A DNA stretch of 64,000 bases from Podarcis liolepis (Eukaryota), in assembly GCA_965112155.1 (NCBI GenBank), contig OZ218100.1; one strand, 5' to 3'. The notes beneath the pieces were generated by a model. That model saw only the letters and a program-made list of their open reading frames with translations, had not been told where the DNA came from and made no database searches. This document shows positions 63,088 to 64,000 of the stretch, in pieces. The position numbers and the translations under genes are program-made. How positions within the stretch are numbered: position 1 is the first letter of the stretch; the number at the start of each line of letters is the position of its first letter.

Positions 63088-63813
63088 TTTGTTGTTGTTT
63101 AGTCATTTAGTTGTGTCCAACTCTTCGTGACCCCATGGACCAGAGCACGCCAGGCACTCCTGTCTTCCACTGCCTCCCGCAGTTTGGTCAGACTCATGCT
63201 GGTAGCTTCGAGAACACTGTCCAACCATCTCGTCTTCTGTCGTCCCCTTCTCCTTGTGCCCTCCATCTTTCCCAACATCAGGATCTTTTCCAGGGAGTCT
63301 TTTCTTCTCATGAGGTGGCCAGAGTATTGCAGCCTCAGCTTCACGATCTGTCCTTCCAGTGAGCACTCAGGGCTAATTTCCTTAAGAATGGAGAGGTTTG
63401 ATCTTCTTGCAGTCCATGGGACTCTCAAGAGTCTCCTCCAGCACCATAATTCAAAAGCATCAGTTCTTCAGCAATCAGCCTTCTTTATGGTCCAGCTCTC
63501 ACTTCCATACATCACTACTGGGAAAACCATAGCTTTAACTATACGGGCCTTTGTCAGCAAGGTGATGTCTCTGCTTTTTAAGATGCTGTCTAGGTTTGTC
63601 ATTGCTCTTCTCCCAAGAAGCAGGTGTCTTTTAATTTCGTGACTGCTGTCACCATCTGCAGTGATCATGGAACCCAAGAAAGTAAAATCTCTCGCTGCCT
63701 CCATTTCTTCCTCTTCTATTTGCCAGGAGGTGATGGGACCAGTGGCCATGATCTTAGTTTTTTTTATGTTGAGCTTCAGACCATATTTTGCGCTCTCCTC
63801 TTTTACCCTCATT
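63088..63813 (-). mobile_element. BovB (RTE) LINE 3' fragment
   Basis: GLKLNIKKTKIM..VKAMVFPVVMYGSESWTIKKA*..RVPWTARRSN..RLQYSGHLMRR; one internal stop; (CAA)n tail. Confidence 0.95.
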
Positions 63814-63817
63814 ATTA

Positions 63818-63987
63818 TGACACCTTAAATACTAGCAAATTTATTTCAGCATAAACATTTGTGGGCTACAGCCCAATCCATCAGATGCATGAAGAGTTAT
63901 CCCCATCAGGTAATGTTTATACATCTGAAGAAATGGACTGTCATTGATTAAACTTATCCAAGAATACAGGTGCTAGTCTTCAAGATG
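63818..63987. mobile_element. Older Penelope-like relic, inverted pair with degenerate hammerhead motifs
   Basis: Minus CTGATGG-TGGGCTGTAGCCCA-CAAA back-to-back with plus CTGAAGA (63925)...TAGTCTTCAAGATG. Confidence 0.6.
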
Positions 63988-64000
63988 AGTCCTTGTTATA

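Noticed and set aside
63127-63642. 171-aa plus-strand ORF
   Set aside because: Antisense shadow of the BovB reverse transcriptase fragment.

Overview
Vertebrate genomic DNA from a squamate reptile, very probably a lacertid lizard, judged from Sauria SINEs with (ACCTTT)n tails, Squam3-type SINEs, BovB, CR1, L2, RTE, RTEX and Penelope relics. The first ~3 kb is the CpG-island promoter of PDE10A on the minus strand. It contains the PDE10A2-type first coding exon (533->470, MEDGSSSGSCFRRFTECFLSA, donor GTAGGT), and the gene continues leftwards out of the window. The other ~61 kb is upstream non-coding DNA with no further recognisable host CDS. It is densely filled with often nested transposon relics, plus a few CpG-retaining non-repeat segments that look like enhancers. 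The most notable items are: (1) three Penelope-derived insertions carrying minimal hammerhead-ribozyme motifs, one intact beside the CpG island; (2) a tailless 35-nt U2 snRNA retrocopy with a perfect 13-bp TSD; (3) a PDE10A 5' leader resembling the human long N-terminal extension but split over two frames, with a CAG-repeat uORF; (4) an L1 relic with a 45-bp target duplication; (5) a 1.1-kb segment bounded by ~60-bp inverted repeats next to an enhancer-like block. I found no evidence of a wholly new gene system. Repeat family names come from recognition of the sequence, not from a database search.
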